Below are positions 8,685-11,513 of a DNA stretch of 11,513 bases, piece after piece. The position numbers were made by a program, and so were the translations under genes. Source of the DNA: Okeania sp. SIO2B9 (GTDB lineage Bacteria; Cyanobacteriota; Cyanobacteriia; Cyanobacteriales; Microcoleaceae); assembly GCF_010672505.1 (NCBI RefSeq), contig NZ_JAAHGK010000067.1, positions 1 to 11,513 on the forward strand, written 5' to 3'. The number at the start of each line of letters is the position of its first letter. Positions within the stretch are counted from its first letter, which is position 1. Under the pieces are notes generated by a model, which had not been told where the DNA came from, did not search any database, and saw only the letters and a program-made list of their open reading frames with translations.

Positions 8685-8736
8685 CTCCCTACTCCCCTAC
8701 TCCCCTACTCCCTGCTCCCTACTCCCTACTCCCTAA
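8685..8736. repeat. STRR-like 7/8-mer tandem array (CTCCCT ACTCCCCT ACTCCCCT ACTCCCT GCTCCCT ACTCCCT ACTCCCT)
   Basis: Direct read. It overlaps the last codons and the stop of the MVP-like reading frame. Confidence 0.8.
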
Positions 8737-10481
8737 ATTGGGATTAATCAACCCATTAGCCGTACCAAAAAGATTAATTGGACTCTTACCATCAGTAATT
8801 AAAACACTCTGAAGACCAAGCCCCTACAACAACCTCGCCTGCATTTATGGGCCAGCTTGAGCGATCGCCCGAATTGTCTCAGCCCCCAAAGCCTCCACTT
8901 TTTGCTGAAACTCAGTAGCAGTAATTTCAGCCATTTGCCTTGCCTTCTCAATCTCTAAATTATTCAGTGTCTGCTGATGGGCTAACTCAGTCTCCTGACG
9001 CGCCCTCAACTGAGCCATCTCAGCCTCATGGCGAATCCGTGCTGCTTCTACTTCCTGCTGCGCCAAATTCACCGCCAACTGGCCTTGAAAAGGAGATAAC
9101 ATATAAGCTTGAGGTCCATTGACTAATTTTAGTTCCCCACTTTGAACATCCCGTACATATATACCTTCATTTTTGTCTAGGGGAATAGCCTGAAGTTTTT
9201 CTAATACTTCTAATTCCACTGGGGGAATATAATCTCTTGGCCCAGTAATCATCCATAAATCTCCTGGTTGCCGAGTAATAACGTTTGCTCCTGTTCCCTC
9301 GGTGAAAGTTTCCTCAACTCTGATTAGGAGTGCTTCTTGTTCACCAAGAATATAGACCTTTTTAATTCCTGTTTCTAAATCTTCTCCTGGGTGCAAAAAG
9401 AAAGATGTTCTGCCCTGACGCACTTCTTTCATACCCCACTGCGGTTTACCATCTGCATCTATGGGATTAGTTACTATGCACCATTCGCGATCGCTTAAAG
9501 TAGTGATTTTGACTTCTCCCACTACTTCTTCATAAACGTCGGGAATATGAATTTCAGCATCTGCAAAAGTAACTAACTATTCATATCCCGCTTTGCGTTG
9601 CTGACCAAAAATATCAGTAAAAGTCCGTTTTGCTTTTAGATGTAGTGCTTGACGTTCGGTTAATACATAGGCATCAATAGTATCGACAATTTCTTCATCT
9701 ACTCCAGGCAAATAAGCACCTTCTTCCCTGACCAACCATTATTCCCCAGTTCTACGTCTGTTACCTTGACGATCTATACAATTTTGTCGTGCCAGCAGTC
9801 GTAAGGCTTGGTTAGGTTTAATTATTTTAGCTATAACTGTGACTACCACTTCAACTTCTACCCTGGGAGTGTAAGTTCCTGGCCCCTCAAATAACCATTC
9901 ATCCCCTGTCGTACGAGTGACAGTTTGAGACTCTCCTGCAACGATAACTGTATCAGTAAAATCTCGTATTGCTTTGAGACGTAGAGTTTGGTTTGTGTCA
10001 ATTACTTGTAGTTGAGTTACATCTTCTTCGAGTATTTCTCCTGGATATAGTGGGAAAGGGTCTTGAGCAAAGCGAATTTCCAGATCGCCATATTTGAGTC
10101 TAATTTAACCATACTCATCGGCCACAAGTTGATCTGAACTATAGCAATGTGCGCTGGCATATTTACACATTATTTTTTGTACACCTTTTCTAAAATGCAC
10201 TTTGAACTGGGCCTTGTAAATACCTGAGCGCTCATTGCTATATTTCTTAGTACAGGGTTAGCTGCTACACAATAATGGCGAGGTGGAACTACAATTGTCA
10301 GTTGTGGTTGTCAGACTAACCTTTCTGCATCTCCAAGGGTAATGGTTTGAGGGCCTATTTCTAGTCTGATAACACCAGTGTTATTGTCAAGAACATGAAT
10401 ATACTGTTGTGGCTTCAGGAGAATTATACCATTGTTCTCTATTGTAATTGGATATTCTGTGGTACTTTTTATTTTACTCAT
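8719..10481 (-). pseudogene. Major vault protein (MVP) homolog, disrupted by a MITE insertion and multiple in-frame stop codons
   Basis: Translation of the minus strand from ATG 10481 gives MSKIKSTTEYPITIENNGIILLKPQQYIHVLDNN... (human MVP ...PPYHYIHVLDQN...). Further on it reads ...[21 protein letters not shown]..., ...[22 protein letters not shown]..., ...SFFLHPGEDLETGIKKVYILGEQEALLIR..., ...QAIPLDKNEGIYVRDVQSGELKLV... and a cap-helix C-terminus ...[49 protein letters not shown]. All of these align residue-for-residue with vertebrate MVP. In-frame stops are TGA 10311-10313, TAA 10105-10107 (at the Q of GQVRL), TAA 9739-9741 (E of TGEEWLV), TAG 9577-9579 (W of GEEWLVT), TAA 8845-8847 (E of AGPEMQ) and TAG 8824-8826 (Q of LLQSL). 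A frame shift is caused by the 101-bp insertion at 10141-10241. The ORF-track entry 8845..9522 is only the largest intact fragment. Confidence 0.85.
10142..10240. mobile_element. 99-bp MITE-like insertion with ~15-bp terminal inverted repeats (TAGCAATGWGCGCT) and an apparent TA target-site duplication
   Basis: The left end is tagcaatgtgcgct. The reverse complement of the right end is tagcaatgagcgct, so 13/14 positions match. It is flanked by ta (10140-10141) and ta (10241-10242). The core is AT-rich and non-coding. Removing 101 bp (element plus one TA) rejoins ...HYCVAANPVLRN|SSDQLVADEYGQIRL... This is colinear with human ...[27 protein letters not shown]... with no gap and no frameshift. Confidence 0.6.
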
Positions 10482-10544
10482 AGTTTAATAGTTTTGTAAC
10501 TAGAAATCTTAAGTTATTCATTATCCATTATTAATTATCTCTTA

Positions 10545-11513
10545 CTATCGTCGCCAAATTTTAATAGTTCTGTCTTTACTACCACTAGCAATACTATTAC
10601 CATCAGGACTAAAAGTAACTGTATAAATCTCATCTTTATGCCCGGTCAAAGTACTAACTAATTCTCCTGTTTCTAAATCCCATATCTTAATATTATTATC
10701 CTTACTGCCACTAGCAATATATCGACCATCTTCGCTAATATCAACAGATACAACTTCAGCAGTATGACCAAGAATAGTTTTGATTAATTCTCCTGTTTTT
10801 AAGCTCCAAATTTTAATAGTATTATCGTAACTCCCACTCACTATTTTTTCCCCATCTGGACTAATATCAACAGACCTAATTACTCCTTCATGTCCAGTCA
10901 ATGTATTAATTAATTCTCCAGTATATAAATCTTCAATTTTTATAGTTTGATCTGCACTACCACTAACCAATATTCTGACGTCAGGACTAATAGCAATAGA
11001 ATAAACTACATCTGAGTGATCGGGGAAATTAAAAATTAAGAAACCTGTTTCTAAATCCCAAACTTTAACTGTTTTATCTCCACTAGCACTAGCAATTGTT
11101 TGATTATCAGAACTCATAGCAACTGACCAAACAGGTGCCCAATGTTCAAATACTCGAAATAATTCTCCTGTTTCCAAATTCCAGATCATTACTCTCCAAT
11201 CATAAGTACCTACCACTAATTTAGTACCATTATTATTCAAAGCAACTGACCAAATTGGAGAATCATCTGCAGCTAATGTGTTGATAATTTTTCCTGTAGG
11301 AACTTCTAAAATTTTTACCGTTGTGTCTCTACTTCCAGTAACTAAAGTTTTGCCATTAGAACTAAATGCAAGAGTACCTATAGAAGAATTAAACCTAGAC
11401 AAATCTTCAACTTGATAATTCTGCCAATTTAGACCTTGTTGACAATTTTGTAAAAGAGATTGAGCTTCAGCAAAAATGCTAGATTTTTCACTAATTAAAG
11501 TTCCTTGATTGAT
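10545..11513 (-). CDS. WD40-repeat protein (5' end beyond the window; at least 7 WD repeats present)
   Basis: Repeated GH...SV.FSPDG..IASGS.D.TIKIWDL units with WD/W-dipeptide ends. The frame stays open from 11402 to the window edge at 11513, so the 'M' at 11402 in the ORF track is an internal TTG. Stop is TAG at 10545-10547. Confidence 0.85.
   Translation of the reverse strand: MNQGTLISEKSSIFAEAQSLLQNCQQGLNWQNYQVEDLSRFNSSIGTLAFSSNGKTLVTGSRDTTVKILEVPTGKIINTLAADDSPIWSVALNNNGTKLVVGTYDWRVMIWNLETGELFRVFEHWAPVWSVAMSSDNQTIASASGDKTVKVWDLETGFLIFNFPDHSDVVYSIAISPDVRILVSGSADQTIKIEDLYTGELINTLTGHEGVIRSVDISPDGEKIVSGSYDNTIKIWSLKTGELIKTILGHTAEVVSVDISEDGRYIASGSKDNNIKIWDLETGELVSTLTGHKDEIYTVTFSPDGNSIASGSKDRTIKIWRR

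Noticed and set aside
8940-9122. 60-aa plus-strand ORF
   Set aside because: It is antisense to the conserved MVP coding sequence.
8845-9522. 225-aa ORF as a stand-alone gene
   Set aside because: The frame continues with clear MVP homology on both sides of its boundaries (across TAG 9577-9579 upstream and TAA 8845-8847 downstream). It is a fragment of the larger pseudogene and its 'start' is an internal GTG.
8719-10481. Stop-codon reassignment or programmed readthrough explaining the in-frame stops
   Set aside because: TAA, TAG and TGA each terminate other well-supported genes in the same window (the P450, thioesterase, TerB, panE and DUF815 genes).
11400-11402. Start codon of the WD40 gene at 11402
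   Set aside because: It is a TTG inside a frame that stays open to the window edge. The true start lies outside the window.

Overview
Cyanobacterial chromosomal segment, probably from a filamentous Nostocales-type genome. This is supported by at least 8 copies of the HIP1 octamer GCGATCGC, several STRR-like heptanucleotide tandem arrays in intergenic DNA, and AT-rich spacers. Most genes are on the minus strand: a cytochrome P450, a PanE/ApbA-type ketopantoate reductase, a hotdog-fold (DHNA-CoA-type) thioesterase, a TerB-like protein, a DUF815 AAA+ ATPase and a 5'-truncated WD40-repeat gene. A TMEM14-family membrane protein is on the plus strand.

The main finding is at 8719-10481 (-), which encodes an unmistakable homolog of the eukaryotic major vault protein (MVP), with MVP repeats and the cap-helix C-terminus. 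It is broken in an unusual way. A 99-bp MITE-like insertion (15-20-bp terminal inverted repeats, apparent TA target-site duplication) sits in the second repeat, and precise excision restores the frame. At least five in-frame TAA/TAG/TGA codons replace conserved residues. The conserved SPFH-like shoulder domain is also absent. A WD40 gene lies 63 bp upstream on the same strand.

Second, the thioesterase-TerB spacer carries a tandem array of about 143-bp units. Each unit has a promoter-like TATATT and a CUGUAACGUUAUAG+U5 terminator hairpin, which suggests tandem sRNA genes. The array is followed by one copy of a roughly 90-nt structured element that recurs 3' of the thioesterase gene. Other dispersed repeats are noted.
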